Assembly: GCA_964508365.1 (NCBI GenBank)
Contig: CAZDTP010000012.1
Coordinates: 1 to 64,000, forward strand
DNA length: 64,000 bases
DNA from: an uncultured archaeon
Lineage (GTDB): Archaea > Asgardarchaeota > Lokiarchaeia > Sigyniarchaeales > SOKP01
Reading direction: 5' to 3'
The notes under the pieces are model-generated. The model worked only from the letters and a program-made list of their open reading frames with translations. It was not told the origin of the DNA and ran no database searches. Shown here piece by piece: positions 1 to 9,695 of this stretch. Both the position numbers and the translations under genes were made by a program. Position 1 is the stretch's first letter; each line of letters opens with the position of its first letter.

Positions 1-1
1 T

Positions 2-822
2 GTTAAATAAGGAGAGGATATCACTATCCTCTTCCTCTTTTAGGAACCCCGCGTGCGAGTTTCCCCGCACGGGGCTCGCGCCTCAACTCGAAAGATTCGT
101 TCTTGAAACCGTCTTACGTGTCGTCTGGGAATATCCCATTGGATACTATCCCAATCTACCACACGCCCTTTGTTCTGTTCAATGCTTTCACACATCGTCT
201 AACTTCACCTCCAGTTAAGATTTTTCAATATGTTTCTTTCGTTGAGACCTGCTTAGGAAGTCAGCACCCTTTCAAGTTGGGTATCTCGGTAGTTTAATCA
301 AGACTGCAGCCCTATCCATACCATTACAGCATGGCATTCGCTTTTTCCAGCATCCTCTGCCCACTAAGTCTTCCCCTTTCCTCACGGTCAGGATACCATA
401 ACGCATACATATATGGGACTTATTGGGTTTACCAAGTTCCTTATGTCCGACTTTCAACAGAGCCCTTAGAGAGGCACTTTCCCCCGGTTGCACAATGGAT
501 AACAAAGAAATGAGAAAAAACCATTTCTACCTGACAACTCACCATTTTGGTCTCGGCGTATCAGCTATATTTCGCCGATTTATAATAACGAGGTTTATCG
601 CACCTTCACGTTAATTTCCCATAGGCTCCTTGGCTAGCCCCTCAGACCATTCTATAGCTAAATGCTGAAGGTACATTCTCCCCAAAGCTTCACACACCAT
701 CATTACTAACGATGCATGTTTGGGTAGCCATTATCGGTCATCTCGATATTAGTTTTTGAAAATCACCTTTATGTTTCTTTCTTTTCAAGTCCTATATTCG
801 GACATAAAACTTCTTGTCGCAC
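2..822 (-). mobile_element. ORF-less (RT-deleted) group IIB intron, chloroplast-like (CL) type
   Basis: On the minus strand the element starts GTGCGACAAGAAGTT at 822. DV is GAGCCCCGTGCGGGGAAACTCGCACGCGGGGTTC (77..44), with AGC triad, GAAA loop and CG bulge. DVI has a GUGA tetraloop and a bulged A at position 8, and the intron ends ...AUUUAAC at position 2. The d3 hairpin GAAATG/CATTTC carries loop GTTTTTTCT (EBS1, 520..513), which pairs with 5' exon AGAAAAAA (830..823). Two loops pair over 9 bp (661..653 with 569..561). Confidence 0.95.
40..195 (-). pseudogene. Remnant N-terminus of the intron-encoded reverse transcriptase (RVT_N / RT0 region)
   Basis: SD GGAGGTGA precedes an ATG at 195. Translation: MCESIEQNKGRVVDWDSIQWDIPRRHVRRFQERIFRVEAR..., matching the W-x-S-I-x-W...V-R-R-x-Q-x-R-I motif at the start of CL-type intron RTs. 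The frame then runs into the DIV 3' arm and DV and stops at 42..40. Confidence 0.85.
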
Positions 823-888
823 TTTTTTCTTTATATAGATTCGTTGTATAGTTAGAGTTATCAATATTATATAGTTACAACGAAAAAA

Positions 889-2124
889 ATGATTACACAA
901 GAAGCAATACCATGTCCAATTATTCCCTACAAGAAGTTAAATCCGAAATCAGTAGATGAGTTCTTAGACATTTTTGAAGATGTTTTAGATCTAGATCTGG
1001 AGAAAGGTATGGAGTTAGATTTTACCATAGATAGCAGTTTAGGTTCGGACAAGATTAGCCCCACGCTATTTTTAGCAAAGCCTAAAGACGCGTTTGAGAT
1101 TGCAAATATATGCAAGGAAGTATACGAAGGTTCTTACCCGTACAAAGAGATAGAAGACCCGCGGGAAGTGAAGAAAATGATCGAAAGCTCCGAGCACCAC
1201 TTTATTCTCTTCAAGATTGAGGATGATGTTGTCGGGTGCTTTCGGTGTGCGTTGGATTTTGAGCACCGTAAGGGTTACACGGGTGGATTTATGATCCGGA
1301 AAGAATATCAAGGAATTATCGACGTTACCAAAGCGATTATCGGATCGTACGCGTGGATGTGGAGCACCTACAAGGACGAAATATTAATGTGGTATTGCGA
1401 GAACAGAACCGCACATGCAGCCTCCCAGTACATAACTTCTGTATGCGGGATAAACACCGTGGCATTCTTTCCTAACAAAGATGTCTTTTTCGATCAAGTA
1501 GAATCGGATGTAATGGGCGTGGTTTTCAGAGAGAAAGCGCTTAAGGAATATCGAGATTCTCAAACGCCCCAATTAATTAGAAACGCGCTCGATAGCTTTC
1601 TCCACTGCGATAACATTTACAGACTTGGCGGATTTAACTTAATTTGTCCAGATATTCAGCTTAATTACGAAAAGATCGAAGTGTTTCAGAAATCCTTTCG
1701 AAAAGATGTGATCAAGGACAAGTACGGTTACCAATATTACCAGTTTTTTATCAAAGGAACAAAATCATATTTTTCGTTTCTTCACACGCCCTGTATACAG
1801 AACCTCGAAAAAACCAAGTATCACATAGAATCTTTAGAAGAACTATATGTGTACTTAGAAGAGTTTTTAAAAGTGATCAAAGAAAGCTCAATACGATACA
1901 GCGAAGCGTTTGTGTCTGCGCTTAATCCTGAACATCAACAACTATTTTACGAATTTGGTTTTAGGGCGAGGGGATATGTACCATGCTGGAATTTCAAAAA
2001 AGACGACAAATCGTTCGAGGATTATGTGGTGTTTAATTATTTCGAGGGAAAGGTTCCACAAGCTGAATTTCTTCCGGTAGGTCAAGATTTAGTAAATATG
2101 TTAAATCTACAAATCAATCTTTAA
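889..2124 (+). CDS. Tandem GNAT-fold protein, function unknown
   Basis: 411-aa ORF with GNAT-like strands (GFMIRKEYQG; FYEFGFRARGYVP) in both halves. Confidence 0.6.
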   Translation: MITQEAIPCPIIPYKKLNPKSVDEFLDIFEDVLDLDLEKGMELDFTIDSSLGSDKISPTLFLAKPKDAFEIANICKEVYEGSYPYKEIEDPREVKKMIESSEHHFILFKIEDDVVGCFRCALDFEHRKGYTGGFMIRKEYQGIIDVTKAIIGSYAWMWSTYKDEILMWYCENRTAHAASQYITSVCGINTVAFFPNKDVFFDQVESDVMGVVFREKALKEYRDSQTPQLIRNALDSFLHCDNIYRLGGFNLICPDIQLNYEKIEVFQKSFRKDVIKDKYGYQYYQFFIKGTKSYFSFLHTPCIQNLEKTKYHIESLEELYVYLEEFLKVIKESSIRYSEAFVSALNPEHQQLFYEFGFRARGYVPCWNFKKDDKSFEDYVVFNYFEGKVPQAEFLPVGQDLVNMLNLQINL

Positions 2125-2159
2125 CTTAACTAACAACATTTATATATCGAATTCGATAG

Positions 2160-2744
2160 TTGAAATATATGAATGATCTTCCAAGAGATAAATATGAAAT
2201 TCTAGATATAGTTTTTACATTCCTCCACACACTATGTATGTCCTTAACTGCTATCTTTCTTTTATACAATTGGATAGTTTCTTTAATATTTATCATTGTA
2301 GTAGTTCTTTTTGCGTTTGTTGTTTTTTTCTTGTGGAAATCACGGAACCCATTTAATATCTATCTCATTAGAGCATTTGCTTTTAATAATCTCTTCTTTT
2401 CAATTATCGCACTCATGATTTTCTATTCTATGCTTTCTACTATAGCTGCTCATCCAGTAGCTTACGCTTTACTTCTTTTCCCTTCTGTTGTTTATCTTAT
2501 AAAATCGTATAAATTTTCTGCTGTTACTACTCCTAGCGATAAAAAAGAGGGTGCAATGTTAGCATATGCTGGAAAAACTGAGGCTTCACGGCAAAGGTTA
2601 TTTAGAGATAACATGGAGGACCGAATAAAACGAAAAGAATTAATTGCCAAACAGAAAGAAGTATACAGATATAAAATAATTATTGTTTTAACTATAGCAT
2701 TAACTTTAAATAGTTTTGTAGCTCTTATCTTTGGATTTTCCTAA
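2160..2744 (+). CDS. Hypothetical membrane protein (about 5 TM)
   Basis: 194-aa ORF with several hydrophobic segments. The real start may be the ATG at 2169. Confidence 0.7.
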   Translation: MKYMNDLPRDKYEILDIVFTFLHTLCMSLTAIFLLYNWIVSLIFIIVVVLFAFVVFFLWKSRNPFNIYLIRAFAFNNLFFSIIALMIFYSMLSTIAAHPVAYALLLFPSVVYLIKSYKFSAVTTPSDKKEGAMLAYAGKTEASRQRLFRDNMEDRIKRKELIAKQKEVYRYKIIIVLTIALTLNSFVALIFGFS

Positions 2745-2869
2745 TTATTTTTTGAATTTAGTGGAACGAGTTACAAAGTTAGCGAATTTTGATTTTTTTC
2801 TTTAAATATATCCTTCTTTTTAAGAATATTAACATCTTAAATCTAAAAAAATTAAAAAAATGATGAAAA

Positions 2870-4042
2870 ATGGAAATTAGTTTAGAAAAAACGATTGCAA
2901 AAGAGCTTATTGTCGCTTCAACTCGAATCATTTCGGAAATTCAGTTTGTTTTAACTGAGCTTTTATACATTCCTGACGAAAGGCTAAGACTTGTGGTTAT
3001 TTTAGAACTTTTAGATTATATTACAGAAAAATTTTCGAGACCAGACTATAACATTAGATTTTTTTATACTACTCAGAACGGAATCTTAACGGGATTCGTA
3101 ATTTGTCAAATAGACAGTGAGTACAAAAGTTACGGAATGTCATGCCCGACTTTTGGGTGGCTTCATGCTAAAAACTTTCTTTCATGCAAAAAGCTCATGA
3201 ATGAGTGTGAAAATTTCGTTCGACAGAACAATTTTCGAAAGCTTCGAGGTCCTGTGAATTATCCCAAAATTATTGGGGGAATTGGCTGGCAGACCGAAGG
3301 GTTTTCTTCTCCAATGATGAGTGGAGTTGCATATAACGATCCAGGTTCAAATGTTCTTGTTTATCTAAAGGAATTAGGATACAAGATTGACTCCAAATAC
3401 TCATGCGTAGACGCGTTCGTGAAAGTCTGGGAGAAAGGAAAAGAATTAGACGACGACATTATAATTCGCTTTTTACCGCTCGATGAAATAAAAGCATTAA
3501 AAGGGGAAATATTGAATTTAGCTCAGCAGTCTTTTTATTCTGTGTTAGCTGACGCTGTAGGAGGTCAATCTCGGTTTGAAGAAATGATGGAGATATTTTA
3601 CCAAGCCGCTAAAAAAGTTCATATTCTGAATCCTAATTTTGATCCTCAAACTTTCGCTGATATACCTGGCTTTTTGGAAACCTGGAAAGCAGCTGATCTC
3701 GAGAATATCGTCTCTACATGCATTTTCGCGTTTGACAGACTCTCTGGGGACCTTGTTGGACTATTGATGGCCCAACCTAACCTTTTTCAGTTGTGGGCTG
3801 GAGAACCGCTTACGCACATGAACGTTGATACGGTTATCATCAAAAAGGAGTACGCTGGAAAAGGCATATTCTCTGCGCTTCACAATATTGGGAAAACTTT
3901 ATCTTCTGCTGTGTATGGATATAATTACTTCGAAGGCACTACGATATGGGCAAACAACGATCGCGCAATCAAGTCGATCTTTCCCCATAGTTCCCCGTTA
4001 AGAACTCACTATGTGGTCCAGAAGCGAATCTTAAAAAAATAA
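2870..4042 (+). CDS. GNAT-family protein, YghO / bacterial ceramide synthase-like
   Basis: Motifs TFGWLH...LRGPVNY...GWQTEGFSSPMM..AYNDP...LGY, plus a C-terminal acyl-CoA-binding-like segment (VIIKKEYAGKGI, TTIWANN). Confidence 0.65.
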   Translation: MEISLEKTIAKELIVASTRIISEIQFVLTELLYIPDERLRLVVILELLDYITEKFSRPDYNIRFFYTTQNGILTGFVICQIDSEYKSYGMSCPTFGWLHAKNFLSCKKLMNECENFVRQNNFRKLRGPVNYPKIIGGIGWQTEGFSSPMMSGVAYNDPGSNVLVYLKELGYKIDSKYSCVDAFVKVWEKGKELDDDIIIRFLPLDEIKALKGEILNLAQQSFYSVLADAVGGQSRFEEMMEIFYQAAKKVHILNPNFDPQTFADIPGFLETWKAADLENIVSTCIFAFDRLSGDLVGLLMAQPNLFQLWAGEPLTHMNVDTVIIKKEYAGKGIFSALHNIGKTLSSAVYGYNYFEGTTIWANNDRAIKSIFPHSSPLRTHYVVQKRILKK

Positions 4043-4157
4043 AATTTATTAATTTTTTTCCTTTTTGATAAACACTCAACAACATTTAAATAATCTATTC
4101 CTTCAATGGAAATTATAACTCACTTGAGTAAATTATTAAAATTCAATGTAAGTTATC

Positions 4158-5510
4158 ATGCTTTCTAAAATTTCATTTAATAAGTTCTCTTTAGGATATG
4201 CTATAAGTTCTTTTTTAATCACTTTCGGTACTATGACTCTTCTTAAATCTGTTACCACTAATTTGTTTCTTATAGGAGCAACAGGTTTCGATCTCATTCT
4301 TTATCTAGCATCAATTGCGGGATTTTCGTTAATCTTAGCATTTCTAGCTCCATTATTAGGATATCTCTCCGATAAAAAAAAACCTGGTTCTAGAAGAAGA
4401 CATTACTTGATAATTGGCATAGTAGGGATGTCCGTGGTGACATTACTTTATTACTTTTCTCCCTTACATTTTGGTTTTACTGACCTTTTTCTAAACATTT
4501 TATACTTCGTTATTATACATTGTATTTACTCTTTCAGTTCTATAATCTTTAATATCAATTTTATAAGCCTTTATCCTGAAATGTTTCAAGATACAAATTC
4601 AAGATCTAAGATTATTGTTTTACTGTTGGGATTTTCGGCTTTAGCATCATTAATCATAGTTATCCTTGAAGTATTTTTTGTACTTGAAGAAATATATTTT
4701 GGTATTATTTTTAGCTTGCTCATTATTCTTGGGGGAATAATACTATTTAGGTATGGATACGATGAACCGTACTTACGATTATTAGAGAAACCAAAACCTA
4801 ATGAACACTCTTCTTATAAGATTTTATCATCAAGTAATAGATTATTCAAGTGGTTTCTGATAGCATTTTTCTTCATTACAATTTTAGAACTGTTAATTGA
4901 AAGCGCTTTAGTTAATATATGGTCAATCAGTTTAGAAAATATAACCCCTTCTTTAGTTGAAATTATTGTATTCTTTAAGGATATCATTCCCAGCGTATCT
5001 ATCATTATGTTTCTTCTTTACTGGAGAAAATTATCCCTTTCAATTGGAATTAAAAAACTCCTCAATATCCTGATGCTAGCTCTTTTAATATTTACCCTTG
5101 GTCTACTCCTTTTGTTTGATCTTGTTTCTGGATTAATTCTTACATTTTTATTTAATGCAAGCTTATCTGGGTTAAGTTTTGTTAAATTGCTATTTTTAGC
5201 TATTATTATTGATCATTATTTTTTAAATAATGGCAAAAGGTGTGAAGCAACCTACTTTGGTCTCAATTATACATTTAATTCTATATCGGGTTTTATTGGG
5301 GTTTTTCTAGGACAGATGATTACCAATTTCTCAGCAATTTTCATCAACCCTCTCGATGGATTGCAAGATTACTATTTCTTAAATAAAATCGGGCTTTCCT
5401 TGATTGCTTTAATTTTTATTGGAATTAGCATGGTTTTGATTAGAAAAATCCCTCTTGATAGAGAAAAATACAATACCATTGAAAAAGAAATAACTGAAAT
5501 GAACACATAA
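4158..5510 (+). CDS. MFS transporter, GPH/MelB-like
   Basis: About 12 TM segments, GYLSDK..GxRR loop motif and EATYFG motif. Confidence 0.85.
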   Translation: MLSKISFNKFSLGYAISSFLITFGTMTLLKSVTTNLFLIGATGFDLILYLASIAGFSLILAFLAPLLGYLSDKKKPGSRRRHYLIIGIVGMSVVTLLYYFSPLHFGFTDLFLNILYFVIIHCIYSFSSIIFNINFISLYPEMFQDTNSRSKIIVLLLGFSALASLIIVILEVFFVLEEIYFGIIFSLLIILGGIILFRYGYDEPYLRLLEKPKPNEHSSYKILSSSNRLFKWFLIAFFFITILELLIESALVNIWSISLENITPSLVEIIVFFKDIIPSVSIIMFLLYWRKLSLSIGIKKLLNILMLALLIFTLGLLLLFDLVSGLILTFLFNASLSGLSFVKLLFLAIIIDHYFLNNGKRCEATYFGLNYTFNSISGFIGVFLGQMITNFSAIFINPLDGLQDYYFLNKIGLSLIALIFIGISMVLIRKIPLDREKYNTIEKEITEMNT

Positions 5511-5659
5511 AGATTCCTTCTGCAATTATTTAATCTAATTTTATTGCTTTTTTTTTCCTTCCTTCGATTTTTCATATGCCTTAATTTTTCCTTTTTATAT
5601 ATCTACTCATTTTCGTTGTAAACTAATAAAAAATCAAAGATAAAGAGAAAATAAATATT

Positions 5660-7348
5660 ATGACAATTGCATTAGTAAAAGTATCGTGTATCAACGACCG
5701 TTTAATTCCGCTCGGACTTGCCTGTTTACAAGCTTTTCTCAAACAAAACTCTATTCCTGTAGAAGTATTTAATTTTAGAACTACTGGTTACACCCTACCT
5801 AAAGTGGTTTTCGATCCTCTTATCCAATTGAACCTAACCGATTTTATCGTGAACCATCAAGATTTACCGCTATTACTCCCAATAATAAACGATATATTAA
5901 ATAATCGGGAAATAAAATTAAGTGATGGTGTGTATCCAGATATTTTAAACGACTATTCCTCGAGGATGTTCGAAAATCCCGAGACAACAAAAAAGCGTTT
6001 TGAAAACATGATAGATTATTGCAAAAACACAGTTCTAGAGTCGTTAAAAGAGTTTGATACTCTTGGTTTCTCGCTGAATTACCTAAACATTTCTGAAACT
6101 GTTATTTCATCTTGCTACCTAAAGCTACACAATCCAGAATGTAAAATAATTTGGGGCGGTCCCACTATCACGCAATCTTTTAAAGCATTTAAAATATTCC
6201 TTGATAAGGAAGTTTGCGATGGCTTAGTTATTGGAGAAGGTGAAAAAACATTATTGGATATTGCGCGTGGAAATGATTTAAAGGAGATTATAGGACTAAT
6301 GAGTATAAATGAGAAAGGTTTAGTTCAGTTTACTAAGGGAGAACAGATCGATATAGATTTGCTACCGACACCCGACTATACCGATATTCCGTTGGATACA
6401 TATTATCAAATCGCTTCGACATATAGATCACGCGGATGTACTAATCGGTGTAAGTTCTGTGCAGAGTGGAATCTCTTTGGACCTCGATTCAGAACGCGTT
6501 CGATTGAAAATGTAATTCGAGATGTAGAAGAAATCGTACAAAAACACAAACCTAGTTTCATGCTTTTTGGAGAATCTTTAATAAACGATGATTTAAACTA
6601 TTTCGAAAAGTTATGCGATGCCTTAATTAAAAAAAAATTAGAAATTAAATTTGGTACCCACTTTAGAGCAAATATAACTCCAGAACTCGCTAAAAAAGCG
6701 AAATTGGCGGGGTTTGAAGACGCATGGGTTGGTTTTGAAGCCTTTTCTGATGTAGAGCTTAAAGAAATGAACAAAGGTACGAGCGTTAACCAGAATATGA
6801 AGACAATCGAAAATTTAACTCAAGCTGGGATAAATGTAATTGCGATGTTAGTAGTTGGATTTAGTGATCTTGAGACGGAAACTAATAATTGTGATAGTAT
6901 TGTTAGCACGATTGAACATTTTTCTTTTAAAAAATGCCTAGATAAAAGTGGTGAAGAAAATCCGTTACCTATTCAATGGCGTCCAGCCCCAATGTATATA
7001 GTTCCAGGTTCTTTTGATTATAGCGAAAAACTTGAAAAACATACTTGTTCCTGGAAATGTAAATTTAGATCCGAAAAGAATGAGCAAGAGCTTGAAAAAC
7101 TTGAATTAGCCCTAAAAAATATCCCTTACACCTTTAAACGACCAATCCCAGACGCAATCATTGTAAATTTTCTTAAACAAATTCAAGAAGCTGATCGTAA
7201 TGCGGGTTTTTCGATCGGGGGTGTAATGAAATATGTAATAGATTACACTATGGAAGAAAGACGAAAAAGCATTCAAAAGCGAAAAACTGAGAGAATTGGA
7301 GTGTCTGCTCAAAGATTCAAGGTAAAAATCGAACAATCAATTAATTAA
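5660..7348 (+). CDS. B12-binding domain / radical SAM protein
   Basis: PLGLACL, IWGGP and GEGE cobalamin-domain motifs; RGCTNRCKFC (CxxxCxxC); GFE motif. Confidence 0.9.
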   Translation: MTIALVKVSCINDRLIPLGLACLQAFLKQNSIPVEVFNFRTTGYTLPKVVFDPLIQLNLTDFIVNHQDLPLLLPIINDILNNREIKLSDGVYPDILNDYSSRMFENPETTKKRFENMIDYCKNTVLESLKEFDTLGFSLNYLNISETVISSCYLKLHNPECKIIWGGPTITQSFKAFKIFLDKEVCDGLVIGEGEKTLLDIARGNDLKEIIGLMSINEKGLVQFTKGEQIDIDLLPTPDYTDIPLDTYYQIASTYRSRGCTNRCKFCAEWNLFGPRFRTRSIENVIRDVEEIVQKHKPSFMLFGESLINDDLNYFEKLCDALIKKKLEIKFGTHFRANITPELAKKAKLAGFEDAWVGFEAFSDVELKEMNKGTSVNQNMKTIENLTQAGINVIAMLVVGFSDLETETNNCDSIVSTIEHFSFKKCLDKSGEENPLPIQWRPAPMYIVPGSFDYSEKLEKHTCSWKCKFRSEKNEQELEKLELALKNIPYTFKRPIPDAIIVNFLKQIQEADRNAGFSIGGVMKYVIDYTMEERRKSIQKRKTERIGVSAQRFKVKIEQSIN

Positions 7349-7404
7349 ATTTATTAATCGCTTTTTTTTTTCAATTATAAGAGTATTTTAAGTGAATTTA
7401 CTAA

Positions 7405-7542
7405 ATGGATGAAATTAGTGGGATACTTTTTGCTGAAATAGCGGGAAAAGGAACCAAATCTGAAGGGCTTAAATATTTTATTAAACCGCTGGATGATTAC
7501 GCTAAAAGATGGTCAACAATTCTCGTGAGAAAATTAGATTGA
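7405..7542 (+). pseudogene. Short ORF or truncated gene remnant (45 aa)
   Basis: MDEISGILFAEIAGKGTKSEGLKYFIKPLDDYAKRWSTILVRKLD* has protein-like composition but ends abruptly. It is below the ORF-track cutoff. Confidence 0.35.
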
Positions 7543-7564
7543 GTTAGGGAATTTCATTCAAAAT

Positions 7565-7852
7565 TTAAACCTTTAACTTTTCTAGCTTATAATATCTATC
7601 AGATAAGTCATACTTGCGAGTGAAATATTGTTTGGATTTTCGTTCTCTTAAAATTTCATTCACTACTCCTACGCTACCGCTCTTTAAAAACATTCTAATG
7701 AATTTCAGTTCGTTCACGCTGAAATTGAGTGATCGTAAGAATTCTGGATGCCTATAATTTCCCCAATCCCGATTTCGGATTTTTTTCATTATGTAGACCT
7801 CTTTTTTATGTATGTCCGTATCATAATATCCCAATTTTTTGGGTGAAAACAC
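7565..7852 (-). CDS. Small basic hypothetical protein
   Basis: 95-aa ORF; the second Met (MKKIRNRDW) may be the real start. Confidence 0.5.
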   Translation of the reverse strand: MFSPKKLGYYDTDIHKKEVYIMKKIRNRDWGNYRHPEFLRSLNFSVNELKFIRMFLKSGSVGVVNEILRERKSKQYFTRKYDLSDRYYKLEKLKV

Positions 7853-8137
7853 CCAATATCAATGTTTTTCTCATATAGATGGGATTTGTATTCAAAATCC
7901 CTCTTCAAATTAAAGCCATCCTTAAAGTTAGTTTTTCTTTTCAATTTAAGATCGTAAATTTTCAAGCACCATTATTGTATTTATGATTAAAAAAATCACT
8001 GTGAGTATATAAAAGAAAATTCGGATGTGTTATGTTTTTAATTTTCTACAAGAATTTTTCTTTTAAATAAAGGTGCGGCTTTTAAGTGGTATAACTTAAA
8101 TTTCAAAGAATTAATATTAATTATTCCCTGAATAAAG

Positions 8138-8482
8138 ATGATTTGTGAATACTGCGGCGATTCACTAAGGAATCCTGAAAAGAAAATACTCGAGCATGTA
8201 AATATATCTCAACCTCGACAAACCCATCACTTTTGCTCACAAATTTGTAAAGATAAATGGTGTTTACAACTCCAAAAGAAAAAATCTCGACTTCTTGTCA
8301 TGTGGTCAGTTGGTTCTTACATAGGAAGGTACTTCTTTGTAAAAAAATTTATAAAAGTTCATAGTCCATCATTATTAGGGTCAGAAACAAATAAATCTTA
8401 CTTTATATCCAATTTTCAAGAGATTGAAACTTTGGAATTGGTGGAACTAAACGGTAAAAGATTTTTAAAGATAAAAACTTGA
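8138..8482 (+). CDS. TRASH/YHS-like zinc-finger protein
   Basis: CEYCG...HHFCSQICK metal-binding pattern. Confidence 0.65.
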   Translation: MICEYCGDSLRNPEKKILEHVNISQPRQTHHFCSQICKDKWCLQLQKKKSRLLVMWSVGSYIGRYFFVKKFIKVHSPSLLGSETNKSYFISNFQEIETLELVELNGKRFLKIKT

Positions 8483-8501
8483 ATATTTAGATAAATGAAA
8501 A

Positions 8502-8792
8502 CTATTTTCGTGGTTCGATATGTTCAAGAGACGATAAATAGCTCATTGAAAAATCGTGATAACCATCATTGGCGGGTGATTTAATTCCTTCGGCACGGAT
8601 AAAGTGTCCAACGCGAGGCAAAAATCCATAGGAATTTATTTTTGAGGCACTAACTAATACGGAATACATTTCTATTCCCACCCGAACGGTTAATGACATA
8701 TATCCATAAGTGTAGGCTCGAGTAATGCGCTTCTCTCCCCCCCTAATTTCAACAATTCTTCCTTCAATCGTAGTTTTTCCCTTAAATGTCAT
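8502..8792 (-). CDS. Small OB-fold-like protein
   Basis: Beta-rich pattern IEGRIVEI...LPRVGHFIRAEG. Confidence 0.55.
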   Translation of the reverse strand: MTFKGKTTIEGRIVEIRGGEKRITRAYTYGYMSLTVRVGIEMYSVLVSASKINSYGFLPRVGHFIRAEGIKSPANDGYHDFSMSYLSSLEHIEPRK

Positions 8793-8915
8793 CGATATTC
8801 ATTCTTATCTCTCTCAAACATGTGTATTTCTTACTGCCACAAAACACTCAAAGCTTTCACTAATAATATTAGTTCAAATTTAGATAATTACCATGTAATC
8901 CTATTAAATTAAATC

Positions 8916-9317
8916 TCAGAAAAAGGGTCCAAATTTTTCATAGACACGAATTAAATTATCGCGATAAAATTGTATTTTTTCGTCGTTAGGATTTAGTTCA
9001 GCAGCAGTTTTCATTATTTCTTGCGCTTTATCGAGTTTACCTTTATCTAAATATGTAATTGTCAGAAGTCCCCACGCTTCTATGAGAGTGTTGTTTAATT
9101 CTGTAGCTGTTTCAAAACTCTTAATGGCAACATCCAATTTGCCCATACGTCGGTTAACAATACCTAAGTATAGCCAAGCTTGATCGTTCGAAGGATCTCT
9201 ATCCAACAGCTTATTTACGGCTGATAACGCTTGATCATTATCCTGCTCAGCCAAATATTTATTAACGAGCTCAATAACTTCGCCGTTTTTAATTTCATCT
9301 AGTGCCATGCTATTCAA
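8916..9317 (-). CDS. TPR-repeat protein
   Basis: AWLYLG...A...FETATELN and AWGLL...AAELNP repeats. Confidence 0.85.
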   Translation of the reverse strand: MNSMALDEIKNGEVIELVNKYLAEQDNDQALSAVNKLLDRDPSNDQAWLYLGIVNRRMGKLDVAIKSFETATELNNTLIEAWGLLTITYLDKGKLDKAQEIMKTAAELNPNDEKIQFYRDNLIRVYEKFGPFF

Positions 9318-9431
9318 AGCTTTTTTTAATTAATTGTAACTAACTTATATATATTTATAAAGATATGATATTAAATCTTTTTAAAAAAAAAGTATACCAT
9401 TAGAATAACACATTAAGTAGGTAAAATTAAC

Positions 9432-9695
9432 TTAAAACAGCTCAGGATGCTTTTTCTCGATATTATTTAGAGTAGTGACTAGGTTGTAGAGAAGTTTTTC
9501 ATCCTGACATTGGTTAATTGACTCAGATAGCTTATTGAGGAGAGAGTTCGCTAAATTTTTTTCAAATTCGGTTAGACTTTCGGATTTATTTTGAAATATC
9601 TCGTCAAATTCTGTTTCAAACCAATATAAGTGTTGTTGAAATTCTTCCTTTTGCAGATTTTCACTATTATAGTTAAGAAACATGCGTCTCCTCAA
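9432..9695 (-). CDS. Hypothetical helical protein
   Basis: 87-aa ORF with protein-like composition. Confidence 0.55.
   Translation of the reverse strand: MRRRMFLNYNSENLQKEEFQQHLYWFETEFDEIFQNKSESLTEFEKNLANSLLNKLSESINQCQDEKLLYNLVTTLNNIEKKHPELF

Noticed and set aside
103-614. Four short ORFs in the track (103..297, 272..505, 331..513, 423..614)
   Set aside because: They overlap each other and lie inside the structured intron RNA. The only coding signal is the RT remnant at 195..40.
2-822. Group IIC intron
   Set aside because: The 5' sequence, 821-nt length without ORF, extended DI with a second loop-loop pairing, full 34-nt AGC-type DV and CL-type RT N-terminus fit IIB.
841-883. 8-bp inverted repeat TCGTTGTA...TACAACGA upstream of ORF 889
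   Set aside because: Short arms with a 27-bp spacer in AT-rich DNA and no second copy found; could be chance.
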